Below are positions 43,092 to 54,339 of a stretch of DNA of 64,000 nt, in pieces (position 1 is the stretch's first letter; the number at the start of each line of letters is the position of its first letter). Below the pieces are notes generated by a model. It was not told the DNA's origin. It did not search any database and saw only the letters and a list, made by a program, of their open reading frames with translations. This DNA comes from an uncultured Acidobacteriota bacterium (GTDB taxonomy: Bacteria > Acidobacteriota > Thermoanaerobaculia > UBA5066 > Gp7-AA6): assembly GCA_963764715.1 (NCBI GenBank), contig CAVXTP010000006.1:224001-288000 (forward strand). Reading direction: 5' to 3'. Both the position numbers and the translations under genes were made by a program.

Positions 43092-44017
43092 CGGGGCCCG
43101 ATCTCCTGCGCCGGGGCTGCCTCTTCCTGATCGACAAGCCGGAGGGCCTGACCTCGCACGACGTCGTCGAGCGCGTCCGCGCCACGACCGGCGTCTCGCG
43201 CATCGGCCACAGCGGCACGCTCGACCCGATGGCGACGGGCCTGCTGCTGCTCTGCGCGGGCGGCGCGGCGCGGCTCCAGGGCTTCTTCACGCTCATGGAC
43301 AAGTCGTACGCCGGAGTCATCCGCCTGGGGCGCGCGACGACGACCTACGACCGCGAGGGCGAGTCCGCGGGCCCGGACCGGCCCTTCGGCGGCGTGACGG
43401 CCGCCGCGGTCGACGAGGCCGCCTCGGCCTTCCGCGGCGAGTTCCTGCAGTCCCCGCCTCCCTACTCCGCCAAGAAGATCGGCGGCCGGCGGTTCTACGA
43501 GATGGCCCGCAAGGGCGAAGCGGTCCCTTCGATCCCGAAGAAGGTGCGCGTCTCGGAGCTCGCCTTCGGCCCCCTGGAGGACGGGAGGCTCGCCTTCACG
43601 ATCGCCTGCTCGTCGGGCACCTACATCCGCTCGATCGCGAGCGAGCTCGGCGAGAAGCTCGGCTGCGGCGCTCACCTCGAGTCGCTCCGGCGCACCCGCA
43701 TCGGGGCGTTCGACGTCGCCGACGCCGTCACCCTCGAGCGCTTCGAGTCGATGCCGCCGGCCGAGCGGCTCGCGCCGCCGCATGCCGTCCCGCTTTCCCG
43801 GGTTCCCTTCCCCTTCCCCCGGATCCAGCTCGCGTCGCTCGAGGCCTGGAAGATCCGCAAGGGCCAGGCGGTGCCGGCCCGGGGGATCGAGGCCCGGGAG
43901 GGCGACTGGGTCACCCTGCTCGGCCCCTCCAACGACATGCTGGCGCTCGGCCAGGTCAACCCGATCGGGGACCGGGGCGTGGCCCTGATCAAGCCACGCA
44001 TCGTGCTGGGGGACTGA
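43088..44017 (+). CDS. truB: tRNA pseudouridine(55) synthase
   Basis: DKPEGLTSHDVV, GHSGTLDPMATG, GTYIRS. Confidence 0.95.
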   Translation: MTGPDLLRRGCLFLIDKPEGLTSHDVVERVRATTGVSRIGHSGTLDPMATGLLLLCAGGAARLQGFFTLMDKSYAGVIRLGRATTTYDREGESAGPDRPFGGVTAAAVDEAASAFRGEFLQSPPPYSAKKIGGRRFYEMARKGEAVPSIPKKVRVSELAFGPLEDGRLAFTIACSSGTYIRSIASELGEKLGCGAHLESLRRTRIGAFDVADAVTLERFESMPPAERLAPPHAVPLSRVPFPFPRIQLASLEAWKIRKGQAVPARGIEAREGDWVTLLGPSNDMLALGQVNPIGDRGVALIKPRIVLGD

Positions 44018-44034
44018 GACTTTCGGTCCCGGGG

Positions 44035-44064
44035 CTGACAGCGGCCGGCGTCCTGTGCTAGTCT
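44035..44064 (+). promoter_or_regulatory. Putative rpsO-pnp promoter
   Basis: CTGACA-N18 ending in TGC (extended -10), then TAGTCT. Confidence 0.45.
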
Positions 44065-44113
44065 CCGCCGCTTATAGAAAAAGAGTGAGTGTGATCGAGT
44101 CTTTGGAGGCTGA

Positions 44114-44389
44114 GTGAACGTTACCGAGTTCGAGTCCGGAAAGCCGGACATCATCAAACAGTATCGGACCCACGACACCGATACCGGGTCGCCGGAGGTC
44201 CAGGTCGCCCTGCTCACGAACCGCATCGCGTACCTGACCGAGCATTTCCAGACCAACGCGAAGGACCACCACTCCCGCCGCGGCCTGCTGCAGATGGTCG
44301 GGCGCCGGCGGCGGCTGCTCGAGTACCTGAGGAGCGAGAGCTCCGAGCGGTACCACAAGCTCATCGAGCGTCTCGGCCTCCGGAAGTAG
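44114..44389 (+). CDS. rpsO: 30S ribosomal protein S15
   Basis: [28 protein letters not shown]. Confidence 0.97.
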   Translation: MNVTEFESGKPDIIKQYRTHDTDTGSPEVQVALLTNRIAYLTEHFQTNAKDHHSRRGLLQMVGRRRRLLEYLRSESSERYHKLIERLGLRK

Positions 44390-44505
44390 TCGTCCCGGCG
44401 CCGGAAAACGCCGGTCGCCGCGGCGACACTCGCCGCAACGCCGCGCACATCGCTCGGTCCCAGACGGCCGACTTCCGACGCCTTTTTTGAGAAGGGCAGC
44501 AGACC

Positions 44506-46746
<2,241 letters not shown>

Positions 46747-46758
46747 GCAGTAAGCAGA

Positions 46759-46842
46759 GTAGGGGCGGGGGTGATCGCCGGCCTTCGGCCGGCGTTGCCT
46801 ACTGCCGGGAGCATGCCTTCGGTGGACGGCTTGTCCCCGCCC
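46759..46842. repeat. REP interrupted by an insert carrying UUCG hairpins
   Basis: GTAGGGGCGGGG...[CGCCGGCC-TTCG-GCCGGCG]...GGCTTGTCCCCGCCC. Confidence 0.55.
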
Positions 46843-46844
46843 TC

Positions 46845-46878
46845 GAGAGCGCGGCGGAGACGCCGCGCTCTTTCGTTT
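46845..46878 (+). terminator. Terminator after pnp
   Basis: AGAGCGCGGCG-GAGA-CGCCGCGCTCT-TTCGTTT. Confidence 0.7.
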
Positions 46879-46886
46879 GAGGCGGG

Positions 46887-47255
46887 CTACTTGAGGCGGA
46901 CCTCGATCTTGACCCACCAGGACGGCTTCGGCGGCCGGGGATACTGCCGGTCCTGGAAGTCCGGCGCGACGCAGCGGGCCAGCTCCGTCTCGGGGCCGAA
47001 GAGGACCTCTTCCGCCTTCCCGTCGTCCCCCACGCGCACCAGTCCGTCGAAGGAGATGAGCTCCTCCTTCGGCACCTTCTTCACGCACCGTTCGAGCGCC
47101 GGTCGAAGCCACTCCTCGAGCTTCGAGACCATGACCCCTTCGTACTGCTTGCCCGCCGGGGACTTGGCGTTCGACTCGGCCTCGTTGCGCGCGACCTCCA
47201 CGGGGGTCGCGGCGGGGACGAGGCCGAGGATCAGGACGAGCGCAGCGATCTTCAT
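46887..47255 (-). CDS. Small secreted hypothetical protein (two Cys; weak TonB-C/AgmX-like appearance)
   Basis: Signal peptide MKIAALVLILGLVPAA; biased codon usage. Confidence 0.6.
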   Translation of the reverse strand: MKIAALVLILGLVPAATPVEVARNEAESNAKSPAGKQYEGVMVSKLEEWLRPALERCVKKVPKEELISFDGLVRVGDDGKAEEVLFGPETELARCVAPDFQDRQYPRPPKPSWWVKIEVRLK

Positions 47256-47264
47256 CGCGACAGC

Positions 47265-47627
47265 CTAATACGGCATCTCCTCGTCGCCGAGGCCCAGCAT
47301 GTGGCCGACCTCGTGGACGACCGTGTCGCGGATTTCCCGGACGGCCTCCCCGCGGGTCTCGCAGTTGCGCAGGATCGGGCCGCGAAAGATCGCGATCTGG
47401 GCGGGAAGATTGGAGACCATGCTTCCCCGCTCGAAGAACGACGCGCCGCGGAAGATGCCGAAGAGCTCGTCCTCGTCGGGCGTGTCGGTCTCGTCGTAGT
47501 CCTCGTCGGTCGGCTCCTCCTCGACGGTGACGACGATGTTCTCGAGGTACTTCCGGAAGGCCGCCGGGACCGAGGCCAGGGCCTCCTCGACGTAGGACTC
47601 GAACTCGCGTTCGGAGATGCGGCTCAC
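47265..47627 (-). CDS. Minimal zincin-like metallopeptidase (Zincin_1/DUF1025)
   Basis: LFGIFRG, IAIFRGPI, TVVHEVGHMLGL. Confidence 0.85.
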   Translation of the reverse strand: MSRISEREFESYVEEALASVPAAFRKYLENIVVTVEEEPTDEDYDETDTPDEDELFGIFRGASFFERGSMVSNLPAQIAIFRGPILRNCETRGEAVREIRDTVVHEVGHMLGLGDEEMPY

Positions 47628-47640
47628 GTCGAACCAGGTC

Positions 47641-47695
47641 GTAGGGGCGGCCCTTGCGGCCGCCCTGGGAGGGCGGGGGCAAGCCCCGCCCCTAC
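47641..47695. repeat. Complete inverted REP doublet (REPIN-like)
   Basis: GTAGGGGCGGCCCTTGCGGCCGCCC-TGGGA-GGGCGGGGGCAAGCCCCGCCCCTAC; supplies the tatD stop codon. Confidence 0.8.
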
Positions 47696-48477
47696 GAACC
47701 CTCCTTGAGAAACAGCCGCTCGAAGTTCGCGGTCGTGGCCTCGGCCACCGCCTCGAGGGTCGCCGCCTTCACCTCCGCGAGCTTCCTCGCCGTTTCGACG
47801 ACGTACGCGGGCTCGCAGGGCTTGCCGCGATGGGGCACGGGAGAGAGGTAGGGCGTGTCGGTCTCGACGAGCATCGCCTCGAGCGGCAGGCCCGCCGCCG
47901 CCGATCGGATGTTCTCGGCGGCGCGAAAGGTGATCATCCCGGAGAAGGACACGAGGAACCCGAGCTCGATCGCTTCGCGCCCGTACGCGGCGTCCTCCGT
48001 GAACGAGTGGAAGACGCCCGCCCCCGGCCGCGCGCCGAGGCGCCGCAGGAGCGCGAGCATCTCGGCACCGCTCCGGCGGTTGTGGAGGATGGCCGGCAAC
48101 CCCCGGCGCCGCGCGCAGTCGAGCATCCACTCGAGGACCTCGATCTGCTTCGCGCGGGGCGAGTGGTCGTAGTGGAAGTCGAGGCCGATCTCGCCGATCG
48201 CGACGACGCCGGGAAGGGCGGCGAGCTCCTCGAACCGCGCTCCGTCCCGGGAGGGCTCGAAGTCCTTCGCTTCGTGGGGATGGATGCCGACCGCGGCGAA
48301 GATCCCGGCCGGGGGGTCGGCCATCGCCGCGGCGGCCTCCGAGTCCGCCAGGGTCGTCCCGGGCACGAGGAACCGCGTCACGCCGGCGGCGCGGGCCCGG
48401 GAAAGCACCTCGGCGGCTCCGTTCCCGGCGCCCGGGCCTTCTCCCATCTGCAGGTGGCAGTGGGAATCGGCCAGCAC
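47692..48477 (-). CDS. tatD: TatD family DNase
   Basis: DSHCH, GIHPH, GEIGLD, HSF, ETDTPY. Confidence 0.93.
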   Translation of the reverse strand: MLADSHCHLQMGEGPGAGNGAAEVLSRARAAGVTRFLVPGTTLADSEAAAAMADPPAGIFAAVGIHPHEAKDFEPSRDGARFEELAALPGVVAIGEIGLDFHYDHSPRAKQIEVLEWMLDCARRRGLPAILHNRRSGAEMLALLRRLGARPGAGVFHSFTEDAAYGREAIELGFLVSFSGMITFRAAENIRSAAAGLPLEAMLVETDTPYLSPVPHRGKPCEPAYVVETARKLAEVKAATLEAVAEATTANFERLFLKEGS

Positions 48478-48478
48478 G

Positions 48479-50407
48479 CTACTTGACCTTGCTGCCCGGG
48501 GGCACGTCGGCCGGCAGGTCGAGCAGCACGGGCGCGCCCGCCTCGCCCACGGAGGCCGCGAGGACCATGCCGTTCGACTCGACGCCCATGAGCTTCGCGG
48601 GCTTCAGGTTGGCGACGACGACGACGTTGCGGCCGACGAGGGCCTCGGGCTCGTACTGCGCGGCGATGCCGGCGACGATCTGCCGCCGCTCGTCCCCGAG
48701 GTCCACCTCGAGGCGCATCAGCTTGTTCGACTTGGGCACCCGCTCGGCGACGAGAATCTTCGCGGTGCGCAGCCGCACCTTCTGGAAATCCTCGATCGCG
48801 ATTCGGTCGTCGACGGGCGCCGCCGGAGCGGCCGGGGTCGGTTCGGTCATGGCGTCATCCTTTGCCTTGAAGTAGGCCTCGACGTCGGCGCGCGGGAAGA
48901 GCGGCGGCGTCTCGGGCATCGGTCGGGAGATCGGGAGCCGGCCCCAGTCGAGGTCGGCCGGCCCGGGGTCCTTCGCCTCGAGCGCGAAGGCCTCGAAGAT
49001 CCGGCGGGAGGTCGCCGGCACGAAGGGCGAGAGCATCACGGCCGCCAGCCGCACGCCCTCGGCGGCCGCCGAGAGCACGCGGTGGAGACGGGCCGAGTCG
49101 ACGCCCTCGGTCTTGCGGATCTTCCAGGGCTCCTTCGCCACGACGTAGCCGTTGACCGAGGCGAGGAACTGCCAGACGGTCTCGAGCGCCCGGTTGAACT
49201 GGCAGTCCCGCATCGCGGCCTGCCACTCGGAGCGGGCTCCCCCCCAGGCGCGCATCACCTCGTTGTCGGTGCAGACTTCCCGCGGCGTCGCGCCGAACGA
49301 CTGGCGGCAGAGCGCCGCGACGCGGGAGACGGTGTTGCCGAGATCGTTGGCGAGGTCGGCGTTGTAGCGGACGAGAAACGCCTCGTCCGAGAAGGACGCG
49401 TCCTGGCCGAAGGCCATCTCGCGCATCAGGAAGTAGCGCAGGGCGTCCGGACCGAAGTCGGCGACGAGCTGGTCGGGGCGGACGATGTTGCCGACGGACT
49501 TCGACACCTTCTTCGAGTCGCGCAGCCACCAGCCGTGGGCCCGGACCGTCGTCGGCAGCGGGAGCCCGGCCGACATCAGGAAGGCCGGCCAGTAAACGGC
49601 GTGAAAACGCAAAATGTCCTTGCCGATGACGTGGACGCGCTCGGCCTCCGCATGGTCCCAGAATTCGCGGTAGAGCCGGTCGTCGTCCGAGCCGAAGCCG
49701 AGCGCGGTGATGTAGTTGGCGAGGGCGTCGAGCCAGACGTAGACGACGTGGCCCGGGTGACCCGGAAACGGGATTCCCCACTTGACCTTGGAACGGGAGA
49801 CCGACAGGTCGTTGAGCCCTCCGCGCACGAAGGACGACACCTCGGCGAGCCGGCTCTCGGGCCGGACGAACTCGGGATGGTGTTTGTAGTATTCGAGGAG
49901 CGGCGCGGCGTACTTCGACAGCCGGAAGAAGACGTTCTCCTCGGATTCCCAGACCGTCGCCGATCCGTGGACCGGGCAACGCTTCTCGGCGTCGAGCTCC
50001 TTCTCCGTGTAGAAGGCCTCGCAGCTCGCGCAATACCAGCCTTCGTGCTTCGCCGTGTAGAAGTCCCCGGCGGCCGCGATGCGCTCGATCAGGGCCTCGA
50101 CCCCGCGGCGGTGCCGCGCCTCGGTCGTGCGGATGAAGTCGTCGTTGGCGATCTCGAAGGTCCGGTAGAGCGCGTGGTACCGCTCGACGACGCGATCGGC
50201 GAGCTGGATCGGGGTCACGCCCTGGGCCGCCGCGGCCTTCTCGATGTTCTGGCCGTGCTCGTCGGTGCCCGTCAGGAACCGGGTCTTCTCGCCCACGAGC
50301 CGGTGAAACCGCGTGATCACGTCCGTCACGACGGTCGAGTAGATGTGCCCGATGTGGGGCAGGTCGTTGACGTAGTAGATCGGCGTCGTGGCGTAAAACG
50401 TCTTCAT
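48479..50407 (-). CDS. metG: Methionyl-tRNA synthetase with C-terminal tRNA-binding domain
   Basis: HIGH, KVSKS, YVWLDAL, NLKPAKLMGVESNGM. Confidence 0.97.
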   Translation of the reverse strand: MKTFYATTPIYYVNDLPHIGHIYSTVVTDVITRFHRLVGEKTRFLTGTDEHGQNIEKAAAAQGVTPIQLADRVVERYHALYRTFEIANDDFIRTTEARHRRGVEALIERIAAAGDFYTAKHEGWYCASCEAFYTEKELDAEKRCPVHGSATVWESEENVFFRLSKYAAPLLEYYKHHPEFVRPESRLAEVSSFVRGGLNDLSVSRSKVKWGIPFPGHPGHVVYVWLDALANYITALGFGSDDDRLYREFWDHAEAERVHVIGKDILRFHAVYWPAFLMSAGLPLPTTVRAHGWWLRDSKKVSKSVGNIVRPDQLVADFGPDALRYFLMREMAFGQDASFSDEAFLVRYNADLANDLGNTVSRVAALCRQSFGATPREVCTDNEVMRAWGGARSEWQAAMRDCQFNRALETVWQFLASVNGYVVAKEPWKIRKTEGVDSARLHRVLSAAAEGVRLAAVMLSPFVPATSRRIFEAFALEAKDPGPADLDWGRLPISRPMPETPPLFPRADVEAYFKAKDDAMTEPTPAAPAAPVDDRIAIEDFQKVRLRTAKILVAERVPKSNKLMRLEVDLGDERRQIVAGIAAQYEPEALVGRNVVVVANLKPAKLMGVESNGMVLAASVGEAGAPVLLDLPADVPPGSKVK

Positions 50408-50426
50408 CGGGAGGGCGAAAGATACC

Positions 50427-50819
50427 TCAGAAGAGATCGAGCTCGATCGGAACGACGGTGCGGATGCGCTGGAAGCCGCGATCCCGCGTCAGGAGCGCCA
50501 CGCCCGAATCCAGCGCCGTGGTCGCGATCACGAGATCGACGAGACCTGCCCGAAAGCCGCCGCGCGCCAGCGCAAACCGGTAGTCGGCCACGCGCGACCA
50601 CACGGCCTCGGGCTCGACGACCCAGTCGAGCCCTTCCGCGAGGTCCTTCAGTGTCCCGTACTCGGCCGAAGTGCGGGCGCCCGACAGCATCTCGGCGGCG
50701 ATCGGTCCGCAGATCAGCGCGCCGCCCTCGTCGAGTAGCCCCCCGACACGCGCCATCGCCGCTCGGTCGCCCCGCAGGAAGTCGACCCAGGCCGAGGTGT
50801 CGACCAGGGACTGCTTCAC
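50427..50819 (-). CDS. vapC: VapC (PIN domain) toxin
   Basis: LVDTSAWVDFLR, E, DLVIAT, LLTRDRGF; GTGA overlap with the antitoxin. Confidence 0.88.
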   Translation of the reverse strand: MKQSLVDTSAWVDFLRGDRAAMARVGGLLDEGGALICGPIAAEMLSGARTSAEYGTLKDLAEGLDWVVEPEAVWSRVADYRFALARGGFRAGLVDLVIATTALDSGVALLTRDRGFQRIRTVVPIELDLF

Positions 50820-51016
50820 CTCCGGCCGCGACTGCGAGAGATCGAGGGGTCGAAGTCGAGATGGATCTTCCCCGCCAGCTGACGGAGACGTTCCCGCTTG
50901 CTCTTCTTGACGAGCTCCTCGAGAGCGAGGATGAGGGTGTCGCGCATCGTTTTGGAGTCGGTCGCGCGCCGCGCTTCTTCGAGCAGGTCTTCCGGTAGGT
51001 CCACTGTCGTCCTCAT
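50816..51016 (-). CDS. vapB: VapB antitoxin (RHH-type)
   Basis: MRTTVDLPEDLLEEARR....T....I..ALEELV. Confidence 0.85.
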   Translation of the reverse strand: MRTTVDLPEDLLEEARRATDSKTMRDTLILALEELVKKSKRERLRQLAGKIHLDFDPSISRSRGRR

Positions 51017-51051
51017 GCATAAAGCATATTTCATAGATATCTGTTATGCAA
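51016..51051 (-). promoter_or_regulatory. vapBC promoter with overlapping inverted-repeat operator
   Basis: TTGCAT-N17-TATGCT-N6-ATG; inverted repeat TGCATAA (51016-51022)/TTATGCA (51044-51050) in an AT-rich patch. Confidence 0.7.
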
Positions 51052-51055
51052 CCGC

Positions 51056-51760
51056 TCACAGCAGGCCCGCCTCGCGAAACGAGACGCACCCTTCCCTTCC
51101 GACGACGATGTGGTCGAGGAGCCGCACCCCCACCGCCTCCGCGGCGGTCGCGAGCCGCCGCGTGAACTCGCGGTCTTCACGGGAGGGCGTCGGGTCTCCG
51201 GAAGGATGGTTGTGGTACAGGATCACGGCCGCCGCCTTCCCGAGGAGCGCGCGCCGCAGGATCTCGCGCGGCTCGACGACCGCCCGGTCGAGCGTGCCGC
51301 GGTAGATCTCGGGGTCGTTCTTCAGCAGCCGGTTCCGAGCGTTCAGGTACAGGGCGCCCGTCCGCTCCTGCGCGTCGTCGGCCTGCGCCGCCCTCAGGTA
51401 GTCCTTGACGAGGCGCGGGTCGTTCAGGAGGTCGCGGCCCGCGAGCGTCTCGGACGGGAGTCGGCGGGCGATCTCGATCGCCGCGGCGATCGCGCCGGCC
51501 CGCGCCGGTCCGATGCCGCGCTCTCCCGAGAGTTCCCCGGCCGAGGACCCCGCGAGCCCGGCGAGGCCGCCGCGGGTGGCGAGCAGGCTGCGCGCCCGGT
51601 CGAGGGCGCTCTCGCCGCGGATCCCGGTGCGCAGCAGCAGGGCGAGGAGCTCTTCGTTCGAGAGCGCCGCGGGGCCCAGCCGCCAAAGCCTCTCGCGCGG
51701 GCGTTCGTCGGAGGGAAGGTCGCAGATGCGAAACGCGCGATTCGTCGATCGTTCGGTCAT
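51056..51760 (-). CDS. radC: RadC (JAB/MPN domain) protein
   Basis: ERPRERL...ALSNEELLALLLRTG, HNHPSGDPTPSRED, LLDHIV. Confidence 0.92.
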   Translation of the reverse strand: MTERSTNRAFRICDLPSDERPRERLWRLGPAALSNEELLALLLRTGIRGESALDRARSLLATRGGLAGLAGSSAGELSGERGIGPARAGAIAAAIEIARRLPSETLAGRDLLNDPRLVKDYLRAAQADDAQERTGALYLNARNRLLKNDPEIYRGTLDRAVVEPREILRRALLGKAAAVILYHNHPSGDPTPSREDREFTRRLATAAEAVGVRLLDHIVVGREGCVSFREAGLL

Positions 51761-51822
51761 GGTTTCGTCGCCGGCGAGAACCGCCCCGCGACCCGGTGAG
51801 GACCCCACGATATTCTCACGGA

Positions 51823-52044
51823 ATGCCCGGATCCGGAGAGGCCCCGTGGCGCGCGATCCTGATCGCGCTCGGCCTGCTCTTCCTCGCGGCCGGCCTCGCG
51901 TGGCCGTTCCTCGAGCGCCACTTCGGCCGGCTGCCGGGCGACATCGTCGTGCGCCGGGAAGGCTTCACCTTCGCCTTCCCGATCGTCACGTGCCTCGTCC
52001 TGTCGGTGCTGGCTTCCCTGCTTCTCTGGCTCCTGCGCCGCTAG
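51823..52044 (+). CDS. DUF2905 small membrane protein
   Basis: GRLPGDI.......F.FPIVTC motif. Confidence 0.85.
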   Translation: MPGSGEAPWRAILIALGLLFLAAGLAWPFLERHFGRLPGDIVVRREGFTFAFPIVTCLVLSVLASLLLWLLRR

Positions 52045-52304
52045 CAGGTTGCTGAAAAAGGGTGTGGGATGGCGTTACGAGCGCCGGGGGGTCAGATGCA
52101 AGGAAGCGCGACGAGGGCGATGCCTTGGCATCGTCGAGGAGCGATGACGCCGCAGATGACCCCGCGCCGCCGTAACCCGAAGGGTGGCCGGCACTTTGCC
52201 GGCGCCCGCTGAAAGCCGATGAACGTCCGCAGTGACACGACTCGAATCGGGCGCCGCACGCAAAGTGCCGGACACGACGCCCCCATCCATTTTTCAGCAG
52301 CCTG
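52045..52304. mobile_element. 260-bp MITE-like non-autonomous element with 15-bp TIRs and CTAG target duplication
   Basis: CTAG|CAGGTTGCTGAAAAA ... TTTTTCAGCAGCCTG|CTAG; internal inverted repeats; no transposase. Confidence 0.8.
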
Positions 52305-53783
52305 CTAGATCGGCCGGGCAGCGGGCGTCGTCGGGAAGAGCCGGCGGCCGAGCGCCTCGGCGATCCAGGCGACGTCCGCGACGAGCAGAAGGTCGACGAG
52401 GGCGTGGTACGAGTACAGCGACCGGGAGAGGTCCGGCGGAGCCTGGGCAAAGGCGCACACGGCGAATGCGAGACCGGCCATCAGGACCAACGTCACGACC
52501 CCCTCCCGGAAGAGCCGGCCCCGTCTCGACGCTCGCCGCCAGGTCGCAAACGCGGCGACGAGGTTGCCGCCGAGAACGGCGGCGATCGCCGGGAGAGAGT
52601 GCTCGGCCAGGCGCCCCCGCGCCCGGCTCCACAGCGAGAACCGCGTGGCCAGGGCGCCGGGCGGGTGACCTGCCGACCGCTCGAAGTTCCCGAAGGTCGG
52701 CCGCAGCGACCAGGCCTGCCGGGAGGCCCGCGCGACGCGATCGATGAACCGCTTCGGGTGACGCAGGTAGAACGCGACGATCTGCCGGTGACCGACCCGC
52801 TGGAGGAAGCGGATGCGGAACTCGGAGCCGAGGAGAGGTGAGTCCGGCGCGAAGGGGTTGGTCCCGACGTACGCGAGCCACTCGGGGTCGAGGCGGAGCT
52901 CGGCGGCGTCCGCGTCGGGCGCCGGCGAGTAGACGAGCAGATCGTCGAAGACGAACTGGAAGAGCGTCGCTTCGCGGAGCGTGTAGGGCGTGTGGCGCCC
53001 GTACCAGACCGAGAACGCGAGGAGACCGGCGGCGAGCCCGACGGCCGGCCGCCGCCAGGCTCCGCGCCAGCCCACGCCCGCGAGGCGCAGGCCGAAGAGG
53101 GCGAGCAGCAGCGCCGAGAGCTTCTCCTGGGGCTTCGAGCCGACGAAGAGGAGGGCCGCGCCGAAGTAGGCGAAGAGCCAGCCCCCGGCGAGCCGCCCCC
53201 GCCGGACGGCCTCCGCCGCGATCGCCGCGGTCAGCAGAAGGAAGAGAAGCGAGGCCGTCTGGCTGTAGAACGAGTTGAAGGGGGCCACATAGCCGACGTC
53301 CGTGAAGATGAAGACCAGCAGGGCCGCCGCGATCGCCCGCGCCGGCAGCGTCAGGTCCCGGCAGGCCCGGAGGATTCCCGCGAGCGCCAGGAGGAAAAGG
53401 GCGGCATGAATACCGGCGAGCAGCCGAAGGTCGAAGGTCGCCCGCCCGCGCAAGGCCATGTGCGCCCAGCGCGCGACGAAGGCGAGAAGGGTCTCCGAGG
53501 AGTGGTAGCCCCCGCGGAACCACCCGGGCTCGACGACGGCGTACTCGGAGCGCAGAAAGGCGAAGTAGCGTTCGGCGTCAACCGCGGTCGTGTGCTGGAA
53601 GCCCGCATAGCCCATGACCCGCTCATAGTCCCGGTTGTCCGCCAGGCCGACGATCGGGCGAACGAAGAGCTGGAGCGAGAGGACGACGGCGGCGGCCGTC
53701 AGCGCCGCCGCGAGGATCACCGCCCGGGAGGACTCCCTCGCGAGCCCCAGGGCGCCCGACCCCGGGCCGGGCTCACGCGACAT
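52305..53783 (-). CDS. Multi-TM membrane protein, WsfD-like putative GT-C glycosyltransferase
   Basis: PIVGLADNRDYERVM N-terminal loop motif, FNSFYSQ, many TM segments. Confidence 0.65.
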   Translation of the reverse strand: MSREPGPGSGALGLARESSRAVILAAALTAAAVVLSLQLFVRPIVGLADNRDYERVMGYAGFQHTTAVDAERYFAFLRSEYAVVEPGWFRGGYHSSETLLAFVARWAHMALRGRATFDLRLLAGIHAALFLLALAGILRACRDLTLPARAIAAALLVFIFTDVGYVAPFNSFYSQTASLLFLLLTAAIAAEAVRRGRLAGGWLFAYFGAALLFVGSKPQEKLSALLLALFGLRLAGVGWRGAWRRPAVGLAAGLLAFSVWYGRHTPYTLREATLFQFVFDDLLVYSPAPDADAAELRLDPEWLAYVGTNPFAPDSPLLGSEFRIRFLQRVGHRQIVAFYLRHPKRFIDRVARASRQAWSLRPTFGNFERSAGHPPGALATRFSLWSRARGRLAEHSLPAIAAVLGGNLVAAFATWRRASRRGRLFREGVVTLVLMAGLAFAVCAFAQAPPDLSRSLYSYHALVDLLLVADVAWIAEALGRRLFPTTPAARPI

Positions 53784-54339
53784 CGGATCGGATCAGCGCC
53801 TCGACGACGATCGGCGGGAACCCCAGGTCCTCCACGCGGTCGTAGCCCTGGTGAACTTCCGTCCAGGCCGCGATCGCCTCGCGCCCGCCGGCCCGGCGAA
53901 TCAGGCCGGCCCCGACCTCCCCGTGGAGCAGGTAGAGGCCCAGGCGCCGCTTCATCCGGACCGGCGACCCCATCCAGCGGCGCGCCCGGTCGACCGCCAC
54001 GACGCGGCTCGCGAGCGTCGCCACCGCGCGCCCGGGCAGCGAGAGGTCGGCCGCGCGTTTGCCCACGTCGTGCATCAGGGCGGCCGCCGGCCAGAGCGGG
54101 TCGCCGGCGTGGGCCGTCGAGGCGAGCCGCCGCTCGACCCTCCGCGCGACGAGGAGGGTGTGACGCTGGTCGTAGGTCGACTGCGCCGACCAGAGACCGA
54201 ACTCGGCCGGCGTCAGGATGGACCTCGCCCAGTCCCGGTCGGCGAGCTCCGCGTCGGTCCGGCGTCCGGCGCGCAACGCGCGGGCGGCGAGCTCCCGAAG
54301 GGTCGCCCGCGGCAGCGGGTTGCGGCCGCTCGCTTTCAT
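53773..54339 (-). CDS. HD-domain protein
   Basis: DQRH...AALMHDVGK...HGEVGA...H...D. Confidence 0.75.
   Translation of the reverse strand: MKASGRNPLPRATLRELAARALRAGRRTDAELADRDWARSILTPAEFGLWSAQSTYDQRHTLLVARRVERRLASTAHAGDPLWPAAALMHDVGKRAADLSLPGRAVATLASRVVAVDRARRWMGSPVRMKRRLGLYLLHGEVGAGLIRRAGGREAIAAWTEVHQGYDRVEDLGFPPIVVEALIRSDVA

Noticed and set aside
51056-51760. RadC/JAB as part of a CBASS-like or other defence system
   Set aside because: Full-length housekeeping-type RadC with no cyclase, E1/E2 or effector neighbours
52075-52290. Short ORFs inside the 260-bp element as a transposase remnant
   Set aside because: No DDE or HUH motifs; too short; they are by-products of the palindromic sequence
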